Below, piece after piece: positions 7,420 to 17,349 of a stretch of 64,000 nt of DNA. Below the pieces are notes generated by a model. The model did not search any database. It saw nothing but the letters and a program-made list of their open reading frames with translations, and was not told the origin of the DNA. The stretch is taken from IMG/VR virus record IMGVR_UViG_3300032285_001531; one strand, 5' to 3'. How positions within the stretch are numbered: position 1 is the first letter of the stretch; each line of letters opens with the position of its first letter. This stretch comes from a virus (lineage: Duplodnaviria > Caudoviricetes). The translations under genes and the position numbers were made by a program.

Positions 7420-8565
7420 TTATCCTTTATACTGTATAAATGCAATTTTAATTGTACCTGGATCATAGTTCACTCCGCTAAATGAAGGAGTTACTGTATG
7501 AAAATGTGATGCACTAAATGTGGCATGCGGTACACTTGCTAATGTTGCGGGTGTTGCTCCTGGAATCCCTGATCCTTTGTGACTGTGATTCCACGTATTA
7601 TTTGTAACGCTACCTGTTGCGGTAATATTGTTTGCTGAACCAGCAGTAGTGTTATATGCTAATTGACTCCCTACACCCACAAAGTAATTAACCATATTTA
7701 CGGTTCCGTTATTGCCGTCACATACATACCATCCTGCAGGTAAACTTGTTAATGATCCTGAATACATTAGAATACAATTTAGATTCAAATAAGTTTCTGC
7801 AGTACTTCCCCATGCTGATAATAGTTTGGTTAGAATTGATGCAGCCGCAATAGTCAATGACAAGTTATGTGAATGAGTAGTAGTAGTTACATACGGATAA
7901 TTAGTAGATGTTACTGTTGCAGGATTATATGCATAATTAGTATCAATATGACTATGTGTTCCGCCTGTTGCAGTCGATCTAAGATTAGTTACAGGAGTAC
8001 TAGAAGTAGCACCATTAAACAATCCACCACGTATTGGTAAATTGTTAGGGGTGATTTGAGTAAATGTTGATGCAGGTTGATTCTGTGAAAACACGATACA
8101 ATCGGTAGGTAGTCTAGTTGTTTCTGCGGTACATTGTATTATAATATATGTTTGATAATTAGCCACACCAGGTACTGTTATTGTAGATAAATCGAGTGAG
8201 GTTACTGTATGATTATGAGAACCTGAGGTACCTAAATTAAACCATCCACCAGGAAAAGCAATTCCTACTGGATTATATGCAGGACCAAATGATGTTTGTG
8301 TAGGAAAGTGAGCACCTGCACTATTAATAGAAACATTCAAACTACCTGATAATGATGCAGTTGTAGTAGTTTCAATATCAACTTGCGTAGCAGTACCTTT
8401 TATATAATGACCGTCTGCTGTACCATATCTAGTCCAACCAGGCAAACTTGTAAATGTATTATTGTAAAATACCAATGCACCAATTGGTATTACCGGAGGT
8501 GGTCCTGGTAACGGGGGATAAAAACCCATTGTTGAAAAAGGAGAAGCAGTTGATAGTCTAGGCAT
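7420..8565 (-). CDS. Tail fibre / tail-collar domain protein
   Basis: IPIGALV...LPGW and ILMYSG...LPAGWYVCDGNNGT collar motifs; repeated GxHxH metal-binding motifs. Confidence 0.75.
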   Translation of the reverse strand: MPRLSTASPFSTMGFYPPLPGPPPVIPIGALVFYNNTFTSLPGWTRYGTADGHYIKGTATQVDIETTTTASLSGSLNVSINSAGAHFPTQTSFGPAYNPVGIAFPGGWFNLGTSGSHNHTVTSLDLSTITVPGVANYQTYIIIQCTAETTRLPTDCIVFSQNQPASTFTQITPNNLPIRGGLFNGATSSTPVTNLRSTATGGTHSHIDTNYAYNPATVTSTNYPYVTTTTHSHNLSLTIAAASILTKLLSAWGSTAETYLNLNCILMYSGSLTSLPAGWYVCDGNNGTVNMVNYFVGVGSQLAYNTTAGSANNITATGSVTNNTWNHSHKGSGIPGATPATLASVPHATFSASHFHTVTPSFSGVNYDPGTIKIAFIQYKG

Positions 8566-8566
8566 T

Positions 8567-11446
8567 TTATCCGCCGTAACTTGCTAATTGACCTAAAACT
8601 TTCCAGTCTGAAGTTGTTCGTATTAATGTGAAACCAACAACGTCTATTGCATTAGCAGTACCTACAGGGATTGTATTACTTAACCAATTAACTGTTTGAA
8701 ACACACCGTCAATCTGAAATTGATTTGCGATGTATGCACTAATTCCCTGCTCAATAATGATAGGCACAACAATAGTTCTATTGCCTGTAGTAGGAACATT
8801 AGTTAAGTTAACAGTGAAGTTATCCGCTACACTCGTGTGATAGTAAATAGCACCTGTTTGGAAATTATGTGTAACAGTTCCGGTAGCACTTGTTTTCTGA
8901 TTCATTATATCAGTTGTTTGCTGGAACGTAGCTAAGTTAGATAGATTTATTCCACCTAAATTACTAGTACCGGTTATACTTAAGTTACCGCCCGATATAG
9001 CATTAGCACTTGTAAAGTTCGCTCCGCTAACAGCACCAGTAATATTTGCGTATCCCTGTATGTTTGCACCAGTAGATGTAATGGTCATTACTAATGCACT
9101 AGAACTTGTAAATCTAATATTATTATTTGCTTGAACTACTACATTACTATTACCATTAATGATTTGACTGTTTGCAGTAACACTGACATTATACAATCCT
9201 GAACCATCACCTTGGAAAAAGTTAGCAGTAGCTAAGTTACCTAAGTTAGCATTTGCTGCTCTTAAGTTACCGAATACGTTAGCATTGCCTGAAGTTTGTA
9301 TTTGTGTAAATATACCAATATTAGGTGTATTGCCACCTATTGCACCATTGATATTTCCGAATACATTTGCGTTTACGTTATTAGCGGTAATGTTACCGGT
9401 AACAGTAAGGCTTAATAAGTTACCTACGCTTGTTATATTTGGTTGACTAACTGTAGTTAAAGTACCTGCAATATAACCCGCATTAAGATTAGCTACATTG
9501 GTAACACCACTCTTTAATACAGAGAACTTAGATATACCACCAACTTGTAAATCAATTAATAATGATCCTGCACTACTATTGGTGTCTATTATATTTTCTT
9601 TGATTCCAGTAAATGCAACACTTGCATTATTCCATGTTTGTGTAATTTGTATTGGGCTAGTAGCAGTTAGTGTTCCGGAACCAACACTTAATCCAGTTAA
9701 TGTTCCTAAGGTAGTAATATTACTTTGAGTAGCATTAACTACATTTCCTACGTAGTTTGCATAGTTAGCATTAGTAGAATTAGTTACTGTGCCGGCATAT
9801 GTTGCATAGTTTGCATTTGCAACTTCACTTACATTAGCACCATTGATACTGAATAAACTGCTGCCGTTACCTTGGAAGAAATTTGCAGTTGCTATATTAC
9901 CTAAATTGGCATTAGCTGAATTAATATTTCCAGCTACATTGAATAGATTAGATACCCTATTGAATGTAAGACCACTTGTAGCACCTAATACACCGTCATT
10001 ATTAAACAATACAAATGTATTAGCACCTGGCAAATTAATATTGCCGTTTACATTACCAGTTAAACTACCAACAAAGTAGTTAGCAGTTACGGTGTTGCCT
10101 AATGTTGCATTACCAGATGTAATAGTACCACTTACACTTAGACTAGTTAATGTCCCGACTGAAGTTATATTTGGTTGTGCTGCTGTTGTTACTGTACCAG
10201 CAGTTGTTGCTGAAGTAGCAGTAGTTGCAGTAGTTGCTGCGCCTGCGGTGACTGCATATGTTGCATTGGCTACTGTGCCAGCAACATTAGGTCCTTGTAT
10301 GTTACTTAAATTATTACCACTACCGACAAAGAAATTAGCATTTGCTGTGTTACCCAGTATAGCGTTACCGGAGGTAACTGTGCCACTAATACTTAAACTA
10401 GTTAGTATACCTACTGAAGTAATGTTAGGTTGTGCTGCAGTCACTACTGTTCCAGCAGTAGTTGCATTGCCTGAAAGATTCGCAGTAATTACATTAGCAG
10501 CAAAGCTATTAGCAGCATCACGTATTACAACTGTATCCGGTGTGTTAGTAGCAGCTGGTTCATAACCTTGTAATAATTCTGCATTTAAATTACCGATTTG
10601 TGTGTTGCTACTAACAACAAATGGTGCTGTGCCTGTAGACAGTGTGCTAATGAATTGCCCAGCTGTTTTAAAATTACCGCTTGTAAGTAAATTACCACTT
10701 CCTGAGGTTACAGAAACAGTTCCGATACTGATACCATTAGAAGAAAGATATAGTTTATCAAATCGTTGTGACGGTGAACCTAAGTCATATGTATTGCTAG
10801 AGTTAGGTAATATATCACCTACAACATTTCCACTTAAACTCAGTACAGTTAATGCACCTAAACTTGTTATATTGGGCTGTGAGCTGGATGTTAACACACC
10901 AGTAAAGTAATTAGCTGTCGCTGTGTTACCTAAACTAGCATTTGCTGCAAACACGCCCATTGATGCATTTAAGTTGCCTGTGTCAATATTACCTGACACT
11001 GCTAAACCAAGCAATGTACCTACGTTAGTGATACCTGGTTGACTAGATGCTACAATAGCACCTGAGATATTAGCCGCTACTAATGTGCTATTACCTGTAA
11101 AGAATTTTAAATTAGGATTGGCAGCGAAAACACCACCTGTATTAAACTGTACTTCAGTTGAGTTACCCGCAGCAGCCTGAGCAGATTGTGCTACCCAATC
11201 TAAGTTTCCGGTTCCGTCTGTTTTAAGTACAAAGTCAGCGGATCCGCCCGTAATTCTGACATTACCCACATTGCCCAAAGAAGTGTTACCTGTAACACTA
11301 AGATTAGGGGTTTGTAAGAACGGTATATTGATGCCTGCAGGGACGAACCCAATTCTGCTCCACGCATTATCTGTAGAACTGTATTGGTATAAAATACCAT
11401 TGATTTCGACTTGTTGCCCATTTGTGGGCGTTGCTGGCCAACTCAT
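8567..11446 (-). CDS. Gly/Asn/Thr-rich tail fibre-like structural protein (959 aa)
   Basis: Repeats VTTAAQPNITSVG.LTSL and NANLGN.ATAN.F.G; STEVQFN module; late-type TAAATA at 11470-11475 (minus strand). Confidence 0.75.
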   Translation of the reverse strand: MSWPATPTNGQQVEINGILYQYSSTDNAWSRIGFVPAGINIPFLQTPNLSVTGNTSLGNVGNVRITGGSADFVLKTDGTGNLDWVAQSAQAAAGNSTEVQFNTGGVFAANPNLKFFTGNSTLVAANISGAIVASSQPGITNVGTLLGLAVSGNIDTGNLNASMGVFAANASLGNTATANYFTGVLTSSSQPNITSLGALTVLSLSGNVVGDILPNSSNTYDLGSPSQRFDKLYLSSNGISIGTVSVTSGSGNLLTSGNFKTAGQFISTLSTGTAPFVVSSNTQIGNLNAELLQGYEPAATNTPDTVVIRDAANSFAANVITANLSGNATTAGTVVTAAQPNITSVGILTSLSISGTVTSGNAILGNTANANFFVGSGNNLSNIQGPNVAGTVANATYAVTAGAATTATTATSATTAGTVTTAAQPNITSVGTLTSLSVSGTITSGNATLGNTVTANYFVGSLTGNVNGNINLPGANTFVLFNNDGVLGATSGLTFNRVSNLFNVAGNINSANANLGNIATANFFQGNGSSLFSINGANVSEVANANYATYAGTVTNSTNANYANYVGNVVNATQSNITTLGTLTGLSVGSGTLTATSPIQITQTWNNASVAFTGIKENIIDTNSSAGSLLIDLQVGGISKFSVLKSGVTNVANLNAGYIAGTLTTVSQPNITSVGNLLSLTVTGNITANNVNANVFGNINGAIGGNTPNIGIFTQIQTSGNANVFGNLRAANANLGNLATANFFQGDGSGLYNVSVTANSQIINGNSNVVVQANNNIRFTSSSALVMTITSTGANIQGYANITGAVSGANFTSANAISGGNLSITGTSNLGGINLSNLATFQQTTDIMNQKTSATGTVTHNFQTGAIYYHTSVADNFTVNLTNVPTTGNRTIVVPIIIEQGISAYIANQFQIDGVFQTVNWLSNTIPVGTANAIDVVGFTLIRTTSDWKVLGQLASYGG

Positions 11447-11502
11447 GTATAGTTTTTCCTATTATTATGTATTTAGTACTATATTTTAGTTATTAGTTTT
11501 GG

Positions 11503-11531
11503 TTGACAACGGATCATTTTGGGCATATAAT
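11503..11531 (+). promoter_or_regulatory. Early sigma70 promoter 1
   Basis: TTGACA-17-TATAAT; SD AGGAGCT before ATG 11565. Confidence 0.9.
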
Positions 11532-11564
11532 CTTTTACATCAACTAACAACACAGGAGCTAAAA

Positions 11565-11834
11565 ATGTCAAAATCAATCACTTTAATGGTTTTCGAAGAT
11601 CCGGGTCACGCATGGGTTCGCTTTTCTAAAAACCGTTTGGTAGAATTGGGCATCGCAGACAAGATTTCTTACTATTCATACCAAAATGGCAACAACGCAT
11701 TTTTGGAAGAAGATTGCGACCTCAGCGTGTTAGCTAATGCACTCCGTGAGCATGGTTACGAAATCAAGTACAAAACTAATCATACCGATCGTAGCAGCAA
11801 AATTCGCAGCTTTGACCGTTATAGCTGCAAATAA
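11565..11834 (+). CDS. Early hypothetical protein (EDPGHAWV...FLEEDCD family); true start probably 11565
   Basis: SD and promoter place the start at 11565, not 11499. Confidence 0.75.
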   Translation: MSKSITLMVFEDPGHAWVRFSKNRLVELGIADKISYYSYQNGNNAFLEEDCDLSVLANALREHGYEIKYKTNHTDRSSKIRSFDRYSCK

Positions 11835-11837
11835 GGC

Positions 11838-11866
11838 TTGACAGTCAATCATTTTGGGCATATAAT
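11838..11866 (+). promoter_or_regulatory. Early sigma70 promoter 2
   Basis: TTGACA-17-TATAAT. Confidence 0.9.
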
Positions 11867-11899
11867 TATACACATACACTGATAAACAAGGAGCTACAA

Positions 11900-12292
11900 A
11901 TGGCATACATATCACAAGAAAAGAAAGCAAAAATCGCCCCAGCAGTTAAAGCTATTCTCAAAAAGTACAATGTAAAAGGTTCATTAGCTGTTCGTAATCA
12001 GATGACATTGGTACTCAATCTTAAACAAGGCTCTATTGATTTTGTAGGCAACTTCAATGCTGTAACCGGTGGCTCATTGCATGGTAATTATGTAGAATAC
12101 GTACAAGTTAATCCTTACTGGTATCATGATCATTTTGATGGCAAAGCTAAAGCATTTCTGTCAGAAGTATTGGCTGCAATGAATGATGGTAATCATGATA
12201 ACAGCAATGCTATGATTGATTACTTTGATGTGGGCTGGTATGTTGATGTTAACATTGGTAAATGGAACAAATCTTACACATTAGTCAAATAA
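11900..12292 (+). CDS. Early hypothetical protein (MAYISQE...DYFDVGWY family)
   Basis: Own promoter and AGGAG SD. Confidence 0.8.
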   Translation: MAYISQEKKAKIAPAVKAILKKYNVKGSLAVRNQMTLVLNLKQGSIDFVGNFNAVTGGSLHGNYVEYVQVNPYWYHDHFDGKAKAFLSEVLAAMNDGNHDNSNAMIDYFDVGWYVDVNIGKWNKSYTLVK

Positions 12293-12296
12293 TTAG

Positions 12297-12325
12297 TTGA
12301 CAGTCAATCGTTTTGGGCATATAAT
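12297..12325 (+). promoter_or_regulatory. Early sigma70 promoter 3
   Basis: TTGACA-17-TATAAT. Confidence 0.9.
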
Positions 12326-12358
12326 CTTTTACATCAACTAACAACACAGGAGCTAAAA

Positions 12359-12616
12359 ATGACTGAATTCGAAACTAAATGCTACGGTATGTCAGAAGCA
12401 GAGATTCGTGAGCAATATATCAATTCATTAACTTCTAGATTTAGTAGCACTGAAATGACGGTGATGAGCATTTTGTCAGATTGCCAAGAAATGATTGCAA
12501 TGAAGAATCCAACTATCCCGGCTCCTAACACTGATGAATGGATCCGTAAGCAGTTGAATATTGCTAAGTTTATTTTGTGCGAAATGATGGATAACAAACA
12601 TAAGGAGACTGTATAA
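12359..12616 (+). CDS. Early hypothetical protein
   Basis: Promoter 3 plus SD. Confidence 0.8.
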   Translation: MTEFETKCYGMSEAEIREQYINSLTSRFSSTEMTVMSILSDCQEMIAMKNPTIPAPNTDEWIRKQLNIAKFILCEMMDNKHKETV

Positions 12617-12813
12617 TGTCTATTCAACTTATTGTAGATGGCTTCAACGGACGTGGTGAACGTGTGATACTTTGGAGAAAAAGCGAGTACGTATACGAAT
12701 TAGAAATTGGCTCAGGTATTCATAAAAAGAGTCTTAAGTTTTATGAAACCGAATACTACGAAGCATTGGAGCAATTTAATGCAGCAGTAGAAAATTATCA
12801 ACCAGAATATTAA
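12616..12813 (+). CDS. hypothetical protein (65 aa)
   Basis: TAATG coupling to the upstream gene. Confidence 0.7.
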   Translation: MSIQLIVDGFNGRGERVILWRKSEYVYELEIGSGIHKKSLKFYETEYYEALEQFNAAVENYQPEY

Positions 12814-12815
12814 TT

Positions 12816-13085
12816 ATGAAACACACTAGTTATAGTTTTAAATGTGAGAAAGGTAAGGGGAATTATTATCGTACCTACATCTTTCATTATTCATTTATTA
12901 CTATTGTATTTGTGCCATTATTGCTAGGTGCTATAATAGTTTTATGTAATCCATTTTGGTTCAGGACTGCATTAATTAAACAATATAATAATTCAATAGA
13001 AAGACTTACTAATTGGCGGCATTACAAAGAGTACAAGATTTATTTGGGAACAGATCCTGAAGTATGGCATTTATTAAAGGATTAA
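12816..13085 (+). CDS. hypothetical membrane protein
   Basis: One hydrophobic segment; operonic spacing. Confidence 0.6.
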   Translation: MKHTSYSFKCEKGKGNYYRTYIFHYSFITIVFVPLLLGAIIVLCNPFWFRTALIKQYNNSIERLTNWRHYKEYKIYLGTDPEVWHLLKD

Positions 13086-13091
13086 AAGCAG

Positions 13092-13120
13092 TTGACAGTG
13101 AATCAATCTTAGATTATAGT
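13092..13120 (+). promoter_or_regulatory. Early sigma70 promoter 4
   Basis: TTGACA-17-TATAGT. Confidence 0.8.
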
Positions 13121-13162
13121 AGTTCTTGTAGTATTTTATTTCAAATTTTTTAGGAGCTAAAA

Positions 13163-14263
13163 ATGGCATCACAAATCAGCGATAACCATACAATTACAAG
13201 TGTACAAACACGTGACGCATTACTAACCGCATTTAAAGTTAAACGCCCAATCTTTCTTTGGGGCCCTCCCGGTATCGGTAAATCTGAAGTAGTTTCAGAA
13301 GTAACTGATGAACTTGGTGGTCTTATGATTGACTTACGTATGGCTCAAATGGAACCAACTGACATTCGAGGTATCCCATACTTTAATAAAGAAAATAATA
13401 AAATGGATTGGGCACCCCCAATCGATTTACCTGATGAAGAATTAGCAGCACAATATCCAATCATTGTGTTGTTCTTAGATGAGATGAACTCAGCACCTCC
13501 TGCAGTACAAGCAGCAGGCTATCAGTTGATTTTGAATCGCCGTGTAGGTCGTTATAAACTACCAAACAATGTTGTTATCGTAGCAGCAGGTAATCGTGAC
13601 AGTGACAAAGGTGTTACTTATCGTATGCCGATGCCGCTTGCTAATCGTTTCATTCACTTAGAAATGCGTTCAGATTTTACAGCATGGCAGGCTTGGGCAG
13701 TAAATAAAGCTATTCACAAAGACGTTGTTGGTTATCTGTCATTTGCTAAAAATGACTTATATGACTTTGATAGCAAATCTTCAAGCCGTGCATTTGCTAC
13801 ACCTCGTTCATGGTGCTTTGTGAGTGACTTGTTACAAGATGAAAAAATGAGTTCTGATACTCAATTCAATCTAATTGCAGGTGCAATTGGTGAAGGTCTT
13901 GCTACTAAGTTTGCAGCACATCGCCGTATGGCAGGTAAGATGCCTGAGCCAAGCGAAATTCTTGCAGGCAAAGTAAAAGAACTAGCAGTCAAAGAAGTTT
14001 CTGCAATGTACGCACTAGCTATTGCAATGTGCTATGAATTAAAAGATGCAGTTGACAATAAGAAAGTGGATATGAAGAAGTTCCACGAAATGGCTGATAA
14101 TTTCTTTGCTTATGCGATGGCTAACTTTGAAACTGAATTGGTTGTTGTTAGTGCTAAAATTGCACTGAAAACATACAAGCTTCCAATCGAACCAAGTCAG
14201 TTGAAAAACTTTGACGAATTTCACAAGAAGTTCGGTAAGTATATCGTAGAAGCAGGTAACTAA
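13163..14263 (+). CDS. MoxR-like AAA+ ATPase
   Basis: Walker A GPPGIGKS, Walker B LFLDE, AAGN, NRF and TPRSW motifs. Confidence 0.88.
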   Translation: MASQISDNHTITSVQTRDALLTAFKVKRPIFLWGPPGIGKSEVVSEVTDELGGLMIDLRMAQMEPTDIRGIPYFNKENNKMDWAPPIDLPDEELAAQYPIIVLFLDEMNSAPPAVQAAGYQLILNRRVGRYKLPNNVVIVAAGNRDSDKGVTYRMPMPLANRFIHLEMRSDFTAWQAWAVNKAIHKDVVGYLSFAKNDLYDFDSKSSSRAFATPRSWCFVSDLLQDEKMSSDTQFNLIAGAIGEGLATKFAAHRRMAGKMPEPSEILAGKVKELAVKEVSAMYALAIAMCYELKDAVDNKKVDMKKFHEMADNFFAYAMANFETELVVVSAKIALKTYKLPIEPSQLKNFDEFHKKFGKYIVEAGN

Positions 14264-14300
14264 TTTAGAGGTAGCTCCCTGGTATAGCAATATACCATTT

Positions 14301-14332
14301 GGGTGAGAGTAGAAATATTCTCACCCGTTTTT
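14301..14332 (+). terminator. Rho-independent terminator
   Basis: GGGTGAGA-loop-TCTCACCC-GTTTTT. Confidence 0.75.
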
Positions 14333-14337
14333 AATTC

Positions 14338-14366
14338 TTGACAGTGAATCTATGCTTTGCTATAAT
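14338..14366 (+). promoter_or_regulatory. Early sigma70 promoter 5
   Basis: TTGACA-17-TATAAT. Confidence 0.9.
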
Positions 14367-14395
14367 TATTATGTTACTTTTAATAGGAGCTCAAA

Positions 14396-15682
14396 ATGAG
14401 TGATGTTGTCGGAAAGAAAAAGAAAAAACGCAGCAAAGAATTTGAAAATTTAGTAGGTCCCACTGACCCTAAAATTGATGCACAAGCACGTGAACGATTA
14501 ATTACTGCTCGTGTAGGTTTGTTATTACGTCATAGTTTTTTCGGTAATCTTGCAACACGTTTGCAAATGATTAATGCTGATGAATGGTGCAGCACTGCTG
14601 CTACCGACGGCAAACGTTTCTATTACAATTCACGTTTCATTATGATGTTAAAGACCAAAGAAGTTGAATTTTTAGTTGGTCACGAAGTATTACATGTAGT
14701 ATATGACCATATGGGTCGTAGAGGTACACGTGATCCTCAGCTATGGAACATTGCAGATGACTATGCAGTTAACGCAGATTTGAAACGTCATCGTGTAGGT
14801 GAATTCATTACTACTGTCCCTTGCTTATATGAATCAAAATATGACGGCATGAGTGCTGAGGCAATCTATGATGATTTGTATGACAAAGCAGAAAAAATCA
14901 ATATTGATGATTTGTTAGATAAGATGATTGACGATCATATGGATGGTGATGGTGAGTGTGATGGAGATAATGAGGGTGATGAAGATAGTGAAGGCAATGG
15001 CAAACGTCCTAAGATGAGTCCTGAAGAACGTGAACAAGCCCGTCAAGAAATGAAACAGGCTATTATCAGTGCTGCACAAAGTGCTGAAGCAGGTACTATT
15101 CCAAAAGGTGTTGAACGTTTAATTAAATCAGTTACTAACCCTGTTATGCCTTGGCGTGAATTGATTCAAACTAACTTAACTAGTGCTATTCGCACTGACT
15201 ATAGTTGGATACGCCCGAGTCGTAGAGGCTGGCATATGGATGCAGTAATGCCCGGCATGACACCAGGTGAAGAAATTGACGTTGATATTGCTATTGACAT
15301 GTCAGGCTCAATCAGTGACACACAAGCACAGGCATTCTTAGCTGAGATTGCAGGAATGATGGATGCATTTGATGGATACCGTGTTCATGTATTCTGCTTT
15401 GATACAAGCATTTATAATCCACGTGATTATACAAGTGAGAATCTTGACAGTATTGATGAGTATGAACCACAAGGTGGTGGCGGTACTGACTTTGATGCTG
15501 TCTTTGACTATCTAAAAGAAGCAGGTCGTGTACCAAATCGTTTAATCGTATTCACAGATGGTTATCCATGTGGTAGTTGGGGCGATTCAAATTATTGTGA
15601 TACTACTTGGATCATTCATGGTGACAAAGATCCTAATCCCCCATTTGGTACATTTGCAATATATGATGACCATAAGAAGTAA
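14396..15682 (+). CDS. DUF2201-type metallopeptidase-like plus vWA domain protein (MoxR partner)
   Basis: HEVLH (HExxH), MIDAS-type IDMSGS, GGGTDF and FTDG. Confidence 0.85.
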   Translation: MSDVVGKKKKKRSKEFENLVGPTDPKIDAQARERLITARVGLLLRHSFFGNLATRLQMINADEWCSTAATDGKRFYYNSRFIMMLKTKEVEFLVGHEVLHVVYDHMGRRGTRDPQLWNIADDYAVNADLKRHRVGEFITTVPCLYESKYDGMSAEAIYDDLYDKAEKINIDDLLDKMIDDHMDGDGECDGDNEGDEDSEGNGKRPKMSPEEREQARQEMKQAIISAAQSAEAGTIPKGVERLIKSVTNPVMPWRELIQTNLTSAIRTDYSWIRPSRRGWHMDAVMPGMTPGEEIDVDIAIDMSGSISDTQAQAFLAEIAGMMDAFDGYRVHVFCFDTSIYNPRDYTSENLDSIDEYEPQGGGGTDFDAVFDYLKEAGRVPNRLIVFTDGYPCGSWGDSNYCDTTWIIHGDKDPNPPFGTFAIYDDHKK

Positions 15683-15699
15683 CACTAACAGGAGGTAAT

Positions 15700-15819
15700 A
15701 TGGTAACAGCAGTAGAAGGTATAATAATGATTGGATTATCTGCATTTGCAATAGGTGTTGTATTGTATGTGTTAATGTGGTTAGGTAAACACACAGCCAA
15801 TGATGATGAGCAAGACTAA
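15700..15819 (+). CDS. 39-aa single-pass membrane protein (MVTAVEGIIMIGLSAFAIGVVLYVLMWLGKHTANDDEQD); not in ORF track
   Basis: SD CAGGAGGT; TAATG coupling to the next gene. Confidence 0.7.
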   Translation: MVTAVEGIIMIGLSAFAIGVVLYVLMWLGKHTANDDEQD

Positions 15820-16088
15820 TGATTGTAGATCCGTCTATTTGGTTTAGTGAACGTGAAGTAGAGTTCGTGCCCAAACACTTTATTAAGTGTAATAGTACTG
15901 TTTCACTTAATGGTAGAGAATGGATTTACAATAAGTGTCAGGGTCGATTTGCCTTCAGTGATGCTAAACTTTCAACTAGTGATACTTTAAATGGTCTTTC
16001 AGGAATATTGTCAAATGCAGTATGTGTTTACTTTGAAGACCAAAAAGATGCAATGATGTATGAATTACTTTGGGCAGATTCAAAGTAA
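15819..16088 (+). CDS. hypothetical protein
   Basis: ORF with C-terminal YFEDQKDAMMYELLW motif common in such phages. Confidence 0.7.
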   Translation: MIVDPSIWFSEREVEFVPKHFIKCNSTVSLNGREWIYNKCQGRFAFSDAKLSTSDTLNGLSGILSNAVCVYFEDQKDAMMYELLWADSK

Positions 16089-16158
16089 ATAAATTTTTTT
16101 ATTCAGGTAAACTCATAGTAAATATCTCAAGCTAGTACTAGCATACAGGAGAGATAAA

Positions 16159-16845
16159 ATGAGTTTTCTAAGACACGTCGGTAAAGTTGGAGACAGAAAA
16201 GTAGCAATAATTTTCAGAGAGGTACCAGGTGAACCTCATATGTGTTTAATCACATACACTGAAGTATTGAACGCACATTTGCATGATGCAATGATGAGAA
16301 GTATTGAAAGTGATATTGGGCAGCATAGTGAAAATCTTGCTGATGCATTGAATAGAAGCTATACCCAAGATGGTAGTATTATTTTGCAAGTATTACATTC
16401 AGAAGGATTGTTGAAAAAGATGCAAACGGATAGAGTTGTCGTAACTCCTACTCCCACTACAAAAATCAAACTTTCTGAATTGAACAAAATTCTTGATGAA
16501 ATGCAACAGGGTGAAGCCGCAGTTAAACGATTGGCTGAACTTGATGCAAGTCAAGGTTTACAAGATCCAGCAGACGTTGCACGTAGAATGCGCAACAATC
16601 AAATACCACCTGTCGCAGCAGCTAACGGGGCATTAGATGATTCATTATTGGCACAGCAGCGTATGGATCAAGCAACCAAAATGGAACGTGAAGCTACTGG
16701 TTTATTGGCTGAAGCACAACGCCTCAAAGATGAAGCTATCAGTATGAATCCTGCGTTAGCACCTAAAAAAGCAAAGACTACAAAGGCTAAGCCTGTAGTA
16801 GAAGTAGCAGCACCAAAAGCTAAAAAAGTGAAGAATGTCGCCTGA
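16159..16845 (+). CDS. conserved hypothetical protein with coiled coil
   Basis: TAAATA at 16119-16124; SD AGGAG. Confidence 0.75.
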   Translation: MSFLRHVGKVGDRKVAIIFREVPGEPHMCLITYTEVLNAHLHDAMMRSIESDIGQHSENLADALNRSYTQDGSIILQVLHSEGLLKKMQTDRVVVTPTPTTKIKLSELNKILDEMQQGEAAVKRLAELDASQGLQDPADVARRMRNNQIPPVAAANGALDDSLLAQQRMDQATKMEREATGLLAEAQRLKDEAISMNPALAPKKAKTTKAKPVVEVAAPKAKKVKNVA

Positions 16846-17131
16846 TTTTTTCAACAAATGGGAACACATACTTGAAGATGTAGAGAAAAGTAGAATCCCC
16901 ATTCAATTTCTCAAAAAGTTAATAATCAAATTAAAAGGTAAAAAGCAACATACAATTAATATTATTACTTTACTCAAACAGGGCTTAGATCCTGATCAGA
17001 TTGAGGAAGTTGTTAATAAAAAGCTTTATGAATTAGATGATGATATTACTAACATTGAATTTATATTGAATGTTGAAAGCATAGCAGATGCAGTACAACC
17101 TGAAACAGATAGATTATTAAGTGGATTATGA
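16835..17131 (+). CDS. hypothetical protein
   Basis: Operonic ORF. Confidence 0.7.
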   Translation: MSPDFFNKWEHILEDVEKSRIPIQFLKKLIIKLKGKKQHTINIITLLKQGLDPDQIEEVVNKKLYELDDDITNIEFILNVESIADAVQPETDRLLSGL

Positions 17132-17349
17132 CGGAACAGTGTAAAAATTGCCATACTTGTTTAGAAGGAAAATTAAATGAGTATGGCTTTCCCATTTTAG
17201 CAACAAGAATGATTATATGCCCTACATGCGGTAACAAACGTTGTCCTAAAGCAAGCAATCATTTATTAGAATGCACAAACAGCAACGAACCAAATCAGCG
17301 CGGCAGTGTATACAGAACCCCTTTACCCAAATTTGATGACTTATTATGA
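17128..17349 (+). CDS. small Cys-rich zinc-binding protein
   Basis: CKNCHTC...CPTCGNKRCPKASNH...C. Confidence 0.65.
   Translation: MTEQCKNCHTCLEGKLNEYGFPILATRMIICPTCGNKRCPKASNHLLECTNSNEPNQRGSVYRTPLPKFDDLL

Larger units (their letters stand above)
11517..12361 (+). repeat. Identical 51-nt promoter/leader/RBS direct repeat at 11517-11567 and 12311-12361; partial third copy near 11838-11902
   Basis: TTTTGGGCATATAATCTTTTACATCAACTAACAACACAGGAGCTAAAAATG read in both places. Confidence 0.9.

Noticed and set aside
14281-14296. GGTATA-GCAA-TATACC hairpin as an RNA gene
   Set aside because: Only a short GNRA hairpin beside a terminator; no wider structure.
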